A stretch of DNA of 64,000 nucleotides from Bacillota bacterium (GTDB lineage: Bacteria; Bacillota; Clostridia; Christensenellales; SZUA-584), in assembly GCA_023461435.1 (NCBI GenBank), contig JAEYLC010000031.1:23126-87125 (forward strand), written 5' to 3'. Position 1 is the first letter of the stretch. Each line of letters begins with the position of its first letter. Positions 43,715-54,200 of the stretch are shown one piece after another. The notes beneath the pieces were generated by a model that saw only the letters and a list, made by a program, of their open reading frames with translations, did no database searches and had not been told where the DNA came from. Both the position numbers and the translations under genes were made by a program.

Positions 43715-43835
43715 CACGTCTGCCAGGGCTTTATAAAAGCAGGCAGGGCATCCGCGAGGATTTCGGAATGGCGCGTCTGTGCGCCATTCCGAATCTTCTG
43801 CACTTTGGCAAATATGATAGAAAGAAGTGCTGCAA

Positions 43836-46292
43836 ATGGAAAACATAAAAAACAGCCCGGTACCGGATGAAAAAGCCTTTCTTGAATTGTCGGATATCGT
43901 TAAGATTTACGGCACGACCATTGCCAATAACCACATCAGCCTGAAGCTTAAAAAGGGTGATATTTTGGGGCTGGTCGGTGCCAACGGCGCCGGGAAAAGC
44001 ACGCTGATGCGCGTTGTCTCCGGTGTCACGACGCCCGATGAAGGCGCCATGTATATTGACGGAGAAACGATTGACTGGAAATCGTTTTCCCCGACAACAG
44101 CGAGCAAAAAAGGTATCCGCGTCGCTTATCAGGAATTGTCGCTGTGCGACAATTTAAAGGTTTATGAAAATTTTACCGTTGAGCTCAGCAGTCTGTTTAA
44201 AGGGTCGCTCCAATGGAGAAAAAAAGAGGCGGCGATGGCAAAAGACCAGCTCGACAAGGTTTTTCCCGAAAACGGTATTGATGTCAAAAAAGAATTGTCC
44301 GATCTTTCGATTGCGCAACAGCAGATGGTGGAGATTGCGAGAGCATTTTCCGACCCTGATTTGAAGCTTCTGATTCTGGATGAACCAACCTCTTCTCTGC
44401 CGGTAGAGCAGACAAGGCAACTGTTAAGTTATATTGGAAAAAAGGCTGCAGAGGGCATTACCTTCATATATATCACCCACAGACTGTTCGAGATCATGGA
44501 GATCACGAATAAGGTCTATGTTCTTCGCAATGGCGAGGTGGTCTCAGGCTGCGAGACGAAACAAACCTGTGAGGACACGCTCATCGATATAATGAGCGGC
44601 GGCGTCAACGCGCAGCAGGTGCAGCAGGAAGAAGAAAAAGCGGGCAAGGTGCAGGCCAGTATCAACGATGATGTCTATGTGACGTGCAGCGATGTGACGA
44701 AGGGCGCGCTCAAAGGCGTGACCTGTGCGATGCACGGCGGCGAGATCATCGGCATCGCGGGTCTGGAAGGCAACGGGCAAAAGGATCTGCTGCACGCGAT
44801 ATTTGAGCTGCCGCTCAGCCTTCGCAAGAAGATTCAGCGCAAAGGCTCCATCGCCTATGTGACCGGCGACAGAAAAGCGGAAGGCAACTTCCCGCTATGG
44901 TCGATTGCGGACAACATCGCAATCACGTCGCTGATGCGCAAAGCGCTGTTTGCTGTAAATTCTCCGAAGAAGGTCGTTGAACAATCCTCCGTGTGGTACA
45001 ACAACCTTAAAATCAAGGGGGAAAGCCCGAAAGCCGATATTGTGAGCCTCAGCGGCGGCAATCAGCAAAAGGTGCTGATCGCGCGCGCGCTGATCGCGGA
45101 CGCGGATATCATCATACTCGACGACCCGACACGCGGCGTCGATGTGGAAACCAAACGTCAGCTCTATGAAGTGTTCCATGAAGCGACGGTGAAAGGCAAG
45201 CTCATCATATGGTACAGCTCCGACGACTCGGAGCTTGACAGCTGCTCGCGCGTTTTTGTGATGCGCTACGGCACCATCGTGGAAACTCTGAAGCATGAGG
45301 ACATCAGCAAAGACAGCATCATCGAGGCATCGTTCAAGGCGGTCGACAACAAGAAGGAAAAGCTTGAAAAATCAAAACGCCAAATGAATCTGTCGATACT
45401 CACGCCGGTGCTGGCCATGCTCGCGATCTATGTGACTTGCGGCTTGATTCAGAAGAGTACGTTCACGCTGTTCGGGGCGGAGCTGCTGGTCAGCGGGTCT
45501 TTGCCGCTGATACTCGCGGCGATCAGCCAGACTTATATCATCGGCTTCAGCCATGTGAACCTCAGCATAGGCAATTTCATGGGGCTTGTCAGCGTGCTGG
45601 CTGCGACGGTGCTCTATGAATCGCCGCTGCTCGGCATATTCCTGATTCTTGCCGTGTGGGTGGCTTACGGGTTCATGGGCCTGCTGATACGCCGGCTCAA
45701 CATCCCGGCTGTGATCGTGACGCTTGGCTTCTCATTCGTGTGGTATGGCGCCGCATTGGTGCTGCAGAGCATTCCAGGAGGAACCGCGCCGCAGCTGCTT
45801 GTTGATATATTCAACGGCACCGATCTCGGTATTCCGAACGTGCTGGTGATACTTGTGCTGGCGACGGTCGCGGCTGTGCTCATTTACCGCTCCAAATACG
45901 GCACGGTGCTGCGCGGCTTCGGCAACCGCGAGGAATCCATGATCCGCAGCGGCTGGGGAAAATACGCGGCTGTGTTCAATGTCTATATGATCTCGGGCTT
46001 TTTCGCGGTGCTCGGCGGGCTTTCCTTCACGGCCCTGACCTTTTCCGCGGATGCGAGCTCGATGGATTCGTACACGCTGCTCACGGTGGCTTCCGTGGTG
46101 CTGGGCGGCGGCGCGCTGAGCGGCGGCCGGGTCAGCCATGTGGGCACCGTCTTCGGCGCGATTACATTGTCGCTTGTGACCATTTTGCTTGGGTTTTTGC
46201 ACGTCAGCTCCGATTTTACGGCGGCTGTTCAAGGGCTGCTGCTGATTTTGATTCTATCGCTAAGGCTTCTTAGGAAAGGAGCAAAACAATGA
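43836..46292 (+). CDS. fused ABC transporter: tandem ATP-binding domains plus a C-terminal permease domain in one polypeptide
   Basis: Single uninterrupted ORF (43827-46292). NBD1: GANGAGKST, LSIAQQQMVEIARAF, LILDEPT. NBD2 has a degenerate P-loop (GLEGNGQKD) with LSGGNQQKVLIARAL and IILDDPTRGVD. About 310 aa of polytopic CUT2-type permease sequence follow (LGGGALSGGRVS). Confidence 0.85.
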   Translation: MENIKNSPVPDEKAFLELSDIVKIYGTTIANNHISLKLKKGDILGLVGANGAGKSTLMRVVSGVTTPDEGAMYIDGETIDWKSFSPTTASKKGIRVAYQELSLCDNLKVYENFTVELSSLFKGSLQWRKKEAAMAKDQLDKVFPENGIDVKKELSDLSIAQQQMVEIARAFSDPDLKLLILDEPTSSLPVEQTRQLLSYIGKKAAEGITFIYITHRLFEIMEITNKVYVLRNGEVVSGCETKQTCEDTLIDIMSGGVNAQQVQQEEEKAGKVQASINDDVYVTCSDVTKGALKGVTCAMHGGEIIGIAGLEGNGQKDLLHAIFELPLSLRKKIQRKGSIAYVTGDRKAEGNFPLWSIADNIAITSLMRKALFAVNSPKKVVEQSSVWYNNLKIKGESPKADIVSLSGGNQQKVLIARALIADADIIILDDPTRGVDVETKRQLYEVFHEATVKGKLIIWYSSDDSELDSCSRVFVMRYGTIVETLKHEDISKDSIIEASFKAVDNKKEKLEKSKRQMNLSILTPVLAMLAIYVTCGLIQKSTFTLFGAELLVSGSLPLILAAISQTYIIGFSHVNLSIGNFMGLVSVLAATVLYESPLLGIFLILAVWVAYGFMGLLIRRLNIPAVIVTLGFSFVWYGAALVLQSIPGGTAPQLLVDIFNGTDLGIPNVLVILVLATVAAVLIYRSKYGTVLRGFGNREESMIRSGWGKYAAVFNVYMISGFFAVLGGLSFTALTFSADASSMDSYTLLTVASVVLGGGALSGGRVSHVGTVFGAITLSLVTILLGFLHVSSDFTAAVQGLLLILILSLRLLRKGAKQ

Positions 46293-47239
46293 TAAAAATC
46301 AACACCTTTACAAAGAACCATCAATGGACATGGGCGGCAGTCGGGTCAATACTGATGTTTATCGCGGTCTCATTGATTTCGGGAAAGCTTTCATACTCGA
46401 GCTTTACCGCCAATTTCATGATCGCGAGCTACTTAACGATCTGCGCGTTGGGGCAGATGATTGTGATGACGACGGGACGCGGCGCTTTTGACCTCTCGAT
46501 ACCGAACATGATCACGCTGTCGGCGTTCCTGACCATGGGCCTTTCAAACGGTCAGGATCAGAACTTCTTCCCGGTGCTGCTGCTTGTGATCGCGGTGGGC
46601 GCGCTGGTCGGCTTCATCAACAGCCTGCTCGTGATCCGGCTGCGCATCACCTCGATGATCGCGACGCTGGCCGTGGGATACATCCTCTCCACAGCGACAT
46701 CGATCTATAACCGCACGTTCAACTGTCTTCAGGTCAGCAATATCATGAGCACTGTGACAAGCACGAAAATACTTGGCTTTCCCATCGTGAGTTATATCGT
46801 TGTGCTGATCGTGATCGGTATTGCGTTCATGTTCCGGTCGATGACCTTTGGACGCGCGCTGCTGGCGCTCGGGCAGAACAAACGCGCCGCGCAGCTGGCG
46901 GGTATCAAGGTCAATCTCGTTGAGACGCTCGCCTATATGATCAGTGCGGTGCTCGCAGCCATATGCGGATTCTTCCTGTCCGGACGCGTCGGCGGCGCCT
47001 TCCTCGGGATGGGCGACTCATACCTGCTCGATACGGTGGGCAGTGTGGTGATCGGCGGCACGCTCGCATCGGGCGGGCGCGCGGTCACGCTCGGCACACT
47101 GTTCGGCGCGCTGTTTTTGAGCTTCGTGGTGGCGGCCATGCAGGTGGCGAATTTCTCCGTCGGTGTGCAGAACATCATCAAAGGCGTCATCATCATCTCC
47201 GTGCTTGTGCTGAGCGCTAACCGCGCCCAGTCAGACTGA
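46289..47239 (+). CDS. ABC transporter permease (second TMD)
   Basis: 316-aa hydrophobic ORF whose start overlaps the upstream stop (ATGA). It has GRGAFDLSIPN and VIGGTLASGGRAV. Confidence 0.85.
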   Translation: MIKINTFTKNHQWTWAAVGSILMFIAVSLISGKLSYSSFTANFMIASYLTICALGQMIVMTTGRGAFDLSIPNMITLSAFLTMGLSNGQDQNFFPVLLLVIAVGALVGFINSLLVIRLRITSMIATLAVGYILSTATSIYNRTFNCLQVSNIMSTVTSTKILGFPIVSYIVVLIVIGIAFMFRSMTFGRALLALGQNKRAAQLAGIKVNLVETLAYMISAVLAAICGFFLSGRVGGAFLGMGDSYLLDTVGSVVIGGTLASGGRAVTLGTLFGALFLSFVVAAMQVANFSVGVQNIIKGVIIISVLVLSANRAQSD

Positions 47240-47340
47240 TTCGCTGCGGGGAAGCAAGGCTTTGTTGAAAATACACTGAAAAGCTCTTATAATAAGAACA
47301 GAGTTTTCCAGCATAATCCGGTAACAAGAAAAGGTTAGTA

Positions 47341-47392
47341 TACGGCAAAAGTACTGTGGCAACATAGCTCTGCGTGCTTTTGCCGTACTTTT
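47341..47392 (+). terminator. operon-end terminator
   Basis: TACGGCAAAAG-(25-nt loop)-CTTTTGCCGTA, an 11-bp perfect stem followed by CTTTT. Confidence 0.6.
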
Positions 47393-47437
47393 AGAAGAGA
47401 AAAAGGGATAACAAATATAAAAAAAAGAGGATGTCTC

Positions 47438-48175
47438 GTGGAGCGGAATGTAAAAATGGCTGATGATAAAAAATCATCAACCGCTGTGGAGCAGATAATC
47501 AACGCCATTAAGAACATGATCATCGAAAAGGATTTGCACATCGGCGATAAGATCCCCAATGAGTTTGAGCTGAGCACCATGTTTGGCAAAAGCCGGGGTG
47601 TTGTGCGCGAAGCGGTTAAAATACTGGATTCTTACGGTGTGCTCGAAGTGCGCAGGGGAGACGGCACATATGTGCGCGGGTCGGCGAGCAACGGTTTGTT
47701 CGACGCGCAATTCTTTCGTATCATCGCGATGGGGACAAAGCTGCCCGATCTGATTCAATTGAGGCAGATACTCGAAACAGGCATCATCCGTGCCGCGATT
47801 GACCGGATCACCGACCGGGACGTCGATAGCCTCCGTGAAACGGAAAGGCAGCTGCAGGAGGCGGTTGACAGCCACGTGCCGATCGAACAGATTGTGGCGG
47901 CAGACTTGCGTTTCCACACATTGCTGGCGGAGATTACGGGGAACGACGTGCTCAAGAACGTATACATGAACATGCTCGATATCTTCACACCGTTCATCAA
48001 GCATTCTTACATTCAGCAAACGGCCACCGCGGACTTTTCGGTGCTGAGGCACCACGATCTGATTATCCGCGCCGTGGCCGAACGCGATTATGACCTGGCT
48101 CAGTATGCCGTGCGGAATTCGTTGAAAGATTGGGAAGACCTGAATAAGAAGTACAGAATGCAGGAAAGCAATTAA
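47438..48175 (+). CDS. GntR-family regulator with FCD domain
   Basis: GTG 47438 lies 6 nt after AGAGGA. HTH reads IPNEFELSTMFGKSRGVVREAVKILDSYGVLEVRRGDGT. The FCD C-terminus carries DLRFHTLLAEIT. Confidence 0.9.
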   Translation: MERNVKMADDKKSSTAVEQIINAIKNMIIEKDLHIGDKIPNEFELSTMFGKSRGVVREAVKILDSYGVLEVRRGDGTYVRGSASNGLFDAQFFRIIAMGTKLPDLIQLRQILETGIIRAAIDRITDRDVDSLRETERQLQEAVDSHVPIEQIVAADLRFHTLLAEITGNDVLKNVYMNMLDIFTPFIKHSYIQQTATADFSVLRHHDLIIRAVAERDYDLAQYAVRNSLKDWEDLNKKYRMQESN

Positions 48176-48205
48176 TTTATTTTTTGGGAGAAAGTCGTTA
48201 AATAT

Positions 48206-48232
48206 CGTATCCGGGCACGAGTCCCGGATACG
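48206..48232 (+). other. perfect 10-bp stem-loop after the GntR gene (terminator-like, no U-tract)
   Basis: CGTATCCGGG-cacgagt-CCCGGATACG. Confidence 0.4.
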
Positions 48233-48479
48233 CAAAGCCGGGCCCGCCTTAAGCTTGGCCCGTCATCGCAGAATTTCTGCATATCAAATTTAAAAGCTTC
48301 GCTTGAGCGGTGTGCGCACGTGTGCCGGCGCCGCCGCATGCCGCTCTTGAACGCTGCCAAGCACGAGATCACAGCATTGTCAAAAAACTTAAAGTCACGC
48401 AACAGAAGGCCGTGATAACGTCTCTGCTTGCTTTCAATACACACTACACATTCAAACTAAAAACAGGAGCATTTGAAAA

Positions 48480-50504
48480 ATGAAATGGTTTTTAAATCTC
48501 AGCATCGGACTCAAACTACTCTTAAGTTTTTTGCTTGTGACGATTCTCGCCGTGTCTATGGGCGTATTTGCGATCATCAATATTATGGCTTTGGCTCAGT
48601 CAGACGCGGAGCTGTATGAAAATATGCTGGTTCCGATGGAGCAGATGGCGCAGATCAGTCAGGAATTTCAGCAGCAGCATGTCGATATTCTCGAAGCTAT
48701 AACAGGAAAGAATCAAACGATTATCGACCAGAAGATCAATGATATTCAAAGCAGCCGTCAAAATATTGAAGAGCTGTCGGCGCAATTTGAAGCGAATGAG
48801 CTTTCGGACCAGACGCGGCAGGACTTCGAGAGCTTCAAAAAAGCCGATAAAGCTTATCAGCCGCTGCTCGATCAGGCGATCGGACTCGTGCAAAGCGGAC
48901 AAAGCCAAATCGCCGAGCTGCAGGTTTCTCCGGACGGGGAGATGGGGATTGCCGTCAAAGCGGAAAGGGACGCGATCAATAGGATACTCGAGCTCAAAAA
49001 GCAGGACGGCAAAGAGCAGTCCGCCTCAAACACGGCTCAGGCCAACGACGTGAAAATGATTTCGATCGCCGTCATGGGCGTTCTGATGATACTGTCGCTG
49101 ACAGTCGGTATTGTCATCTCCCGAATCGTCAGCAGACCGATTAAGGCCGCGGCAAAATGCGCGAAGCAGCTTGCGTCGGGCAGCCTGGACGCGCCGCTTG
49201 CGGTCAGCTCCAAGGATGAGGCCGGACAGCTCGCCTCCACCATCGATAACGAGGTGCGCGAGGCGTTCAAGAATATCGAAAAAGCACGCCTGATATCTGA
49301 AAAGCAGGCGGCGTATCAGTCGGGCGAGGTGGAAAAGCTGCTTATCAATCTGCAGCGTCTCGCGCGCGGCGAGCTGCTTTGCGATATCGAGGTGGCAAAG
49401 CCAGATCAGGATACCGCTGAGCTGTATCAGCTGTACAGTGAGATCGCGAGGAACCTGAGCGGCGGGATCGGTGAAATCAAAGGCTATATCGCGGAGATTT
49501 CCGATGTGCTCGGCGAGATGGCGGGCGGCAATATACGCGTGGGCATTACCAGTGAATACAAAGGCGATTTTATCGCCCTGAAACAGTCGATCAACAGCAT
49601 TGCGGAATCTCTGAGCGAGACGCTGTCGGAAATCAACAGCGCCGCCATTCAGGTGGCGTCGGGAACGTCTCAGGTTTCGTCAGGCAGCCAGACGATTTCA
49701 GAGGGCGCCGCAGAGCAGGCCGGCGCGATAGAAGAGCTCTCCGAGTCCATCACACAGATTGCGGCGCAAACCAGACAAAATGCTGAAAATGCGGGGATAG
49801 CCAACAAGCTTGTGCTGGGCACTCAGACGGACGCGGCGGCGGGCAGCGGCCACATGAAGCAGATGCAGGATGCGATGGCGAAAATCAACGAAGCCTCCGA
49901 AAGCATATCCAAGATCATCAAGGTTATCGACGATATCGCGTTTCAGACCAACATACTTGCGCTCAACGCGGCGGTGGAAGCGGCCAGAGCCGGCGTGCAT
50001 GGCAAGGGCTTTGCCGTGGTCGCCGAAGAGGTGAGAAACCTGGCGGCACGGTGCGCGAGCGCCGCCAAAGAAACGACGGAACACATTGAAGGGACCGTCA
50101 AAAAGGTGGAGGATGGCACGAAGATTGCCGATCAGACCGCGGCCGCTTTGTCCGGTATTGTTTTAAGCGTGGAAAAGGCGGCGGGGCTGATCGGGCAGAT
50201 CGCGGCGGCATCGAATGAGCAGGCCACGGGCATCGCCCAGCTGAACCGCGGCATCGATCAGCTTTCTCAGGTCGTGCAGATCAATTCGGCCACTGCCGAA
50301 CAGGCCGCGGCGGCCAGCGAAGAGCTGTCGGGCCAGGCGGATCTGCTCAAATCGATGGTGGCTCAGTTCCAGCTTCGGGATTCGAATGCCAAAGCATGGG
50401 GTGAATTCGAGGAAACGTTCGCTGCGGAGGATGTGCCCGCGCTGGAAGAGGGGCGCGATTCGGAGGCGATAGGCTTGGAGACTGATGGCGGCACCTTTGT
50501 CTGA
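48480..50504 (+). CDS. methyl-accepting chemotaxis protein
   Basis: Two TM segments flank a helical sensor domain, followed by a HAMP-like region. The highly conserved signalling hairpin is present ([40 protein letters not shown]). Confidence 0.95.
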   Translation: MKWFLNLSIGLKLLLSFLLVTILAVSMGVFAIINIMALAQSDAELYENMLVPMEQMAQISQEFQQQHVDILEAITGKNQTIIDQKINDIQSSRQNIEELSAQFEANELSDQTRQDFESFKKADKAYQPLLDQAIGLVQSGQSQIAELQVSPDGEMGIAVKAERDAINRILELKKQDGKEQSASNTAQANDVKMISIAVMGVLMILSLTVGIVISRIVSRPIKAAAKCAKQLASGSLDAPLAVSSKDEAGQLASTIDNEVREAFKNIEKARLISEKQAAYQSGEVEKLLINLQRLARGELLCDIEVAKPDQDTAELYQLYSEIARNLSGGIGEIKGYIAEISDVLGEMAGGNIRVGITSEYKGDFIALKQSINSIAESLSETLSEINSAAIQVASGTSQVSSGSQTISEGAAEQAGAIEELSESITQIAAQTRQNAENAGIANKLVLGTQTDAAAGSGHMKQMQDAMAKINEASESISKIIKVIDDIAFQTNILALNAAVEAARAGVHGKGFAVVAEEVRNLAARCASAAKETTEHIEGTVKKVEDGTKIADQTAAALSGIVLSVEKAAGLIGQIAAASNEQATGIAQLNRGIDQLSQVVQINSATAEQAAAASEELSGQADLLKSMVAQFQLRDSNAKAWGEFEETFAAEDVPALEEGRDSEAIGLETDGGTFV

Positions 50505-50561
50505 AATGGACGAGTCTTCCGTCAGCCTTCTTTATCTAATTGCAGCATGACACGTGATATT

Positions 50562-50598
50562 AAAAACGGCATTTCTCAAAGGGAAAGCGCCGTTTTTT
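50562..50598 (+). terminator. intrinsic terminator after the MCP gene
   Basis: AAAACGGC...GCCGTTTT stem with an inner TTTC/GAAA extension, followed by a T6 run. Confidence 0.75.
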
Positions 50599-50938
50599 AT
50601 CTTAGCCTGAAAAAAAGCAAAATGCTTCAGGCTTGACAAACCTCATGCGGTCTTCGCTATGAAAAAGCAACGGATACCGTCATCCTTGTATAATGCCGTT
50701 GCATGATTCATTCTTCTAAAAACGGGCAAGGATATACTTGGCGGTAAAGTCTGAGGAGCGAGCGGCGGCTAATAAGTGCAGTGGAATAGTGATGCAGGAA
50801 ATTAGTGATTGAAAGAAACGCGGGAAGGCGATAAAATAAAAGTACCACTTGTTCTGTTTAAAATCCAATTAGACAATAATGTTATATGAAGCGAAAGCCG
50901 TATAGCAGACTGTTAAGGTCTGCCGGAAAGGTGAGCCT

Positions 50939-52462
50939 GTGTATAAACGAATATTAACTTTGCTGCTGGTTGCGCTGCTGGCGATACTTGTTTTCGTCTA
51001 TATATTCATAAACAAAGAGGATAACGAGCCCCTCGCGGAGCCTGCGCGCACCGATTTAAAAGGGACAAGCTTTGAGAGCCTCGATCTGCCCGAAGGCTAC
51101 GATCTCCGGCAGTTTGAGGGGATGACGCTGCGTTTTATCGTGGAGAACAACCGCCATGCGACGATACTGCTCAATAAGAGCCAGGAGTTTTCCGATCTGA
51201 CGGGCATCAACATCAAGATCATCGCGGTGGATTTCGATACGCTGGTCCAGAAGATTAACCTTGACTTCATTTCCAAAGCGGGGCAGTATCAAATCGTCTA
51301 TGTGGACCCGTATCAGACGCTGAACCGCTTTCATGACTGCTTCGAGGTATTAAACGCGTACAATGAAGACACCGCCATGCCGCATATAAAAGGCTTTATG
51401 GACGATTTTTCGGACTTCCAGACCGAAACGATCAGCTGCTTTGGTGACAGAAGCAATATCTACACGATTCCTTTTGACAGCACGACGATGATTCTTTTCT
51501 ACAGAAAAGATATTTTTGAAAAGTATGCGGATCAGTTTTATGCCGATATGGGATACGACTGGATGCCGGGATCAAAAGATTTCACTTGGGAGAGATACAT
51601 TGAAGTGGCCAAATGGATTGACGAGCATGTGAAGGACGACGAGGTGGCCTACGGCTGCGGCGCGATGGCGCAGGAGCACAACTCGATATTCTGCGAGTTT
51701 TCCAACATACTGTCTGCCTGCGGCGGCGATTATTTCAGCGATAATAATATCGGCACGCTGGGCTTACGGTCTTTCAGAGACATCAATGTGATGAGCGACA
51801 GCTTTATGAAGGCGCTTGATATTTATAAGCGGGTGGTGGATGCCGCCGCGCCCGAGAGCGTGAACTGGAACTGGACGGATTCCGCGAACGCGTTCCGCAG
51901 CGGCGAGATCGCGATGATGCTGAACTGGGACGAGAATTACCCGTATCTGAATGACTCCGAGAATTCCAAGGTCACGGGGAACGTCGGCTGCGCGATACTG
52001 CCGTACGGCGATGCGAAAAGCGCGAATATTTTCGGCGGCTCGGGTATCGGCATCAACAAGTTTGCGGCCGAAGAGGAAAAGAAAGCCGCATGGCTGTACA
52101 TCGTCTGGGCAACCTCGCAGGAGATGCAGCGCGAGATTCTGATCAATCCCGAAGGCGGCAACCTCCCTTCAAGGCTGTCCGTGTATGAGGAGCCTGATAT
52201 CAAAAGCAAGCTTGAGGACACGGATGAGGCGGATCAGATGCTCAATATCGATCTTATCAAGACGGTGCTTGAGGCGTGGGAGCCCGAGAATCTTTATTTG
52301 CGCCCGAAGGTTTCAAACTTTTATCATGTGGAGCAGGTATTAAACAAGCAGTTGCATGATTTTGTATCGGACAAAAATTCGGACAGCCATCAGGTCAGCC
52401 AGGATATCTATCAGCAGCTGACCGGCATATTGGCCGACAGCATAAGCGGTGGCCGGCGATGA
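50939..52462 (+). CDS. membrane-anchored extracellular solute-binding protein (family 1), probable sensor partner of the downstream kinase
   Basis: GTG start 4 nt after AAGGTGAG. An N-terminal TM helix (ILTLLLVALLAILVFVYIFI) replaces a cleavable lipobox. The body looks like a family-1 SBP. Its stop overlaps the kinase start (ATGA). Confidence 0.75.
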   Translation: MYKRILTLLLVALLAILVFVYIFINKEDNEPLAEPARTDLKGTSFESLDLPEGYDLRQFEGMTLRFIVENNRHATILLNKSQEFSDLTGINIKIIAVDFDTLVQKINLDFISKAGQYQIVYVDPYQTLNRFHDCFEVLNAYNEDTAMPHIKGFMDDFSDFQTETISCFGDRSNIYTIPFDSTTMILFYRKDIFEKYADQFYADMGYDWMPGSKDFTWERYIEVAKWIDEHVKDDEVAYGCGAMAQEHNSIFCEFSNILSACGGDYFSDNNIGTLGLRSFRDINVMSDSFMKALDIYKRVVDAAAPESVNWNWTDSANAFRSGEIAMMLNWDENYPYLNDSENSKVTGNVGCAILPYGDAKSANIFGGSGIGINKFAAEEEKKAAWLYIVWATSQEMQREILINPEGGNLPSRLSVYEEPDIKSKLEDTDEADQMLNIDLIKTVLEAWEPENLYLRPKVSNFYHVEQVLNKQLHDFVSDKNSDSHQVSQDIYQQLTGILADSISGGRR

Positions 52463-54192
52463 ACAAACGAAAGATATACGCGTCGCTCAGATTAAAGCTC
52501 GCGATTATTGCGGTGATACTGATCGCGATTCCGATTCTCGCGATCTCCATGACGTACACCAAAACCGTCAAGGAGATTATATCGAAAAAATACACCGATT
52601 CGGCCATACAGTCCGTTTATGAGGCGGGCGAGCAGATCGATTATATACTGCGTGACGTCGGGGATTTCTCGACGGTGATCATTTCGAACGCCGAGCTGCT
52701 CGAAATGGCCAAGAACCCGGGGAATTACAGCAAAGACCAGTTCAACACGCTGCTGAGAAACTTTATACTGTCCCGTGACGACATCGAAGTCATCAACGTT
52801 GTGCTGCCAAGCGGCACCTATGCGATAGGCGCCAACATGGTGGATATGAAATCCGCCGTTGAAAAGGAGCTCGCCGAATCGTCGGGGCAGCCCGTCTGGC
52901 TCGATACTGAAAGCCACGTGATTGAAATACTGTCGGGCCGGTTTCACAAGAACTATTTTGCGCTGGGCCGCAAGATCATCAATTACAACACGCTCGAGGA
53001 TCTGGGGTATCTGGTCATCAACCTCGAAGAGGTCATGCTCGAGCAGTCCTACAAGAGCCTGCTCGATAACGAATCCGAAGATATTTATATCTGCGACGAT
53101 GTGGGCACGATCATCAGCCATACGGACAAAAAGAAGATAGGCAGCACCATCAAGTTTCAGCCGTACGCTCAGAGCATACTCAACACGCAGACCTCGAAAG
53201 GGTATTTTGAGTTTACCGAGGATGTGGACAAGGTCGCGATCTACTCGACGATTTCGAGCACCGGCTGGAAGATCATCAAGACGATACCCGAGAGCTATCT
53301 TTATCAGGAAATCAACAAGATGCAGCGCGATTTTTTGATCGGCGGCATCATATACGGCGTGGCCATCATCATATTCATGATATTCTTCTCCGTGAGGTAC
53401 ACGGACCCGATGATGAAGATGATGAGCGTGATCAAAAAGGTGGAACGGGGGGACCTCTCCGCGCGCACGGAGATATCGACGAAGGACGAGGTCGGGCAGT
53501 TGGGCGAGAGCCTTAACAATATGATCGGCGAGATGGGCAATCTGATCGATAAGCTGCTCAAGGAAGAGCAGGAGAAAAAGGAAGTGGAGCTCGAGGCGCT
53601 GCACGCGCAGATCAATCCGCATTTTCTTTACAACACGCTGAACACGATCAAATGGATGGCCAAAATTCAGGGCAACAACAGCGTGAGCCGCGCGATCGTG
53701 GCGCTGATCAAGCTGCTGCGCGTGAGCACCAACTTAGGGACGGACACGATCACGCTCAAGGAGGAGCTCGACTATGTCGAAAACTACATCGTGATACAAA
53801 AGCTCAAATACAACGAGGGCATCAACATGCAGTACGATCTGGAAACTTCGTGTCTCGACGTGATGATGCCGAAGCTTATTCTGCAGCCGATCGTCGAAAA
53901 CGCGATTATCTATGGCATCAGTGAAGACCATAAGGACATCAATATCAGGATATCGGCTTACAGGAAGGATGAGCAGCTCTATATCGAGATCACGGACGAC
54001 GGCCCCGGCATTCAGCCGGATATCGTTGAAGAGATACTGCGCAGCAAAGAGGATAAAAACAGGTTCAGCAAGGTGGGGCTGAATAACATCAATCAGCGCA
54101 TCAAACTCTATTACGGGAAAGAGTACGGTCTCAGCATTGAGACGAAGCTGGGGACCGGGACAAAGGTTATTGTGAAGATTCCGGCCAGTTAG
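52459..54192 (+). CDS. sensor histidine kinase (YesM/LytS-type: TM-sensor-TM-HAMP-His_kinase-HATPase)
   Basis: HAMP region (VERGDLSARTEISTKDEVGQLGESLNNMI), LHAQINPHFLYNTLN (internal His-kinase motif), and an ATPase domain with DDGPGI. Confidence 0.9.
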   Translation: MNKRKIYASLRLKLAIIAVILIAIPILAISMTYTKTVKEIISKKYTDSAIQSVYEAGEQIDYILRDVGDFSTVIISNAELLEMAKNPGNYSKDQFNTLLRNFILSRDDIEVINVVLPSGTYAIGANMVDMKSAVEKELAESSGQPVWLDTESHVIEILSGRFHKNYFALGRKIINYNTLEDLGYLVINLEEVMLEQSYKSLLDNESEDIYICDDVGTIISHTDKKKIGSTIKFQPYAQSILNTQTSKGYFEFTEDVDKVAIYSTISSTGWKIIKTIPESYLYQEINKMQRDFLIGGIIYGVAIIIFMIFFSVRYTDPMMKMMSVIKKVERGDLSARTEISTKDEVGQLGESLNNMIGEMGNLIDKLLKEEQEKKEVELEALHAQINPHFLYNTLNTIKWMAKIQGNNSVSRAIVALIKLLRVSTNLGTDTITLKEELDYVENYIVIQKLKYNEGINMQYDLETSCLDVMMPKLILQPIVENAIIYGISEDHKDINIRISAYRKDEQLYIEITDDGPGIQPDIVEEILRSKEDKNRFSKVGLNNINQRIKLYYGKEYGLSIETKLGTGTKVIVKIPAS

Positions 54193-54200
54193 GAGGTTGT

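Noticed and set aside
48172-48444. A 90-aa minus-strand ORF in the GC-rich spacer between the GntR gene and the MCP gene.
   Set aside because: It has no RBS and an Arg/Cys-rich composition, and it overlaps the end of the GntR gene and a hairpin. The spacer is unusually GC-rich for intergenic DNA and might be a decayed gene remnant, but I could not recognise one.
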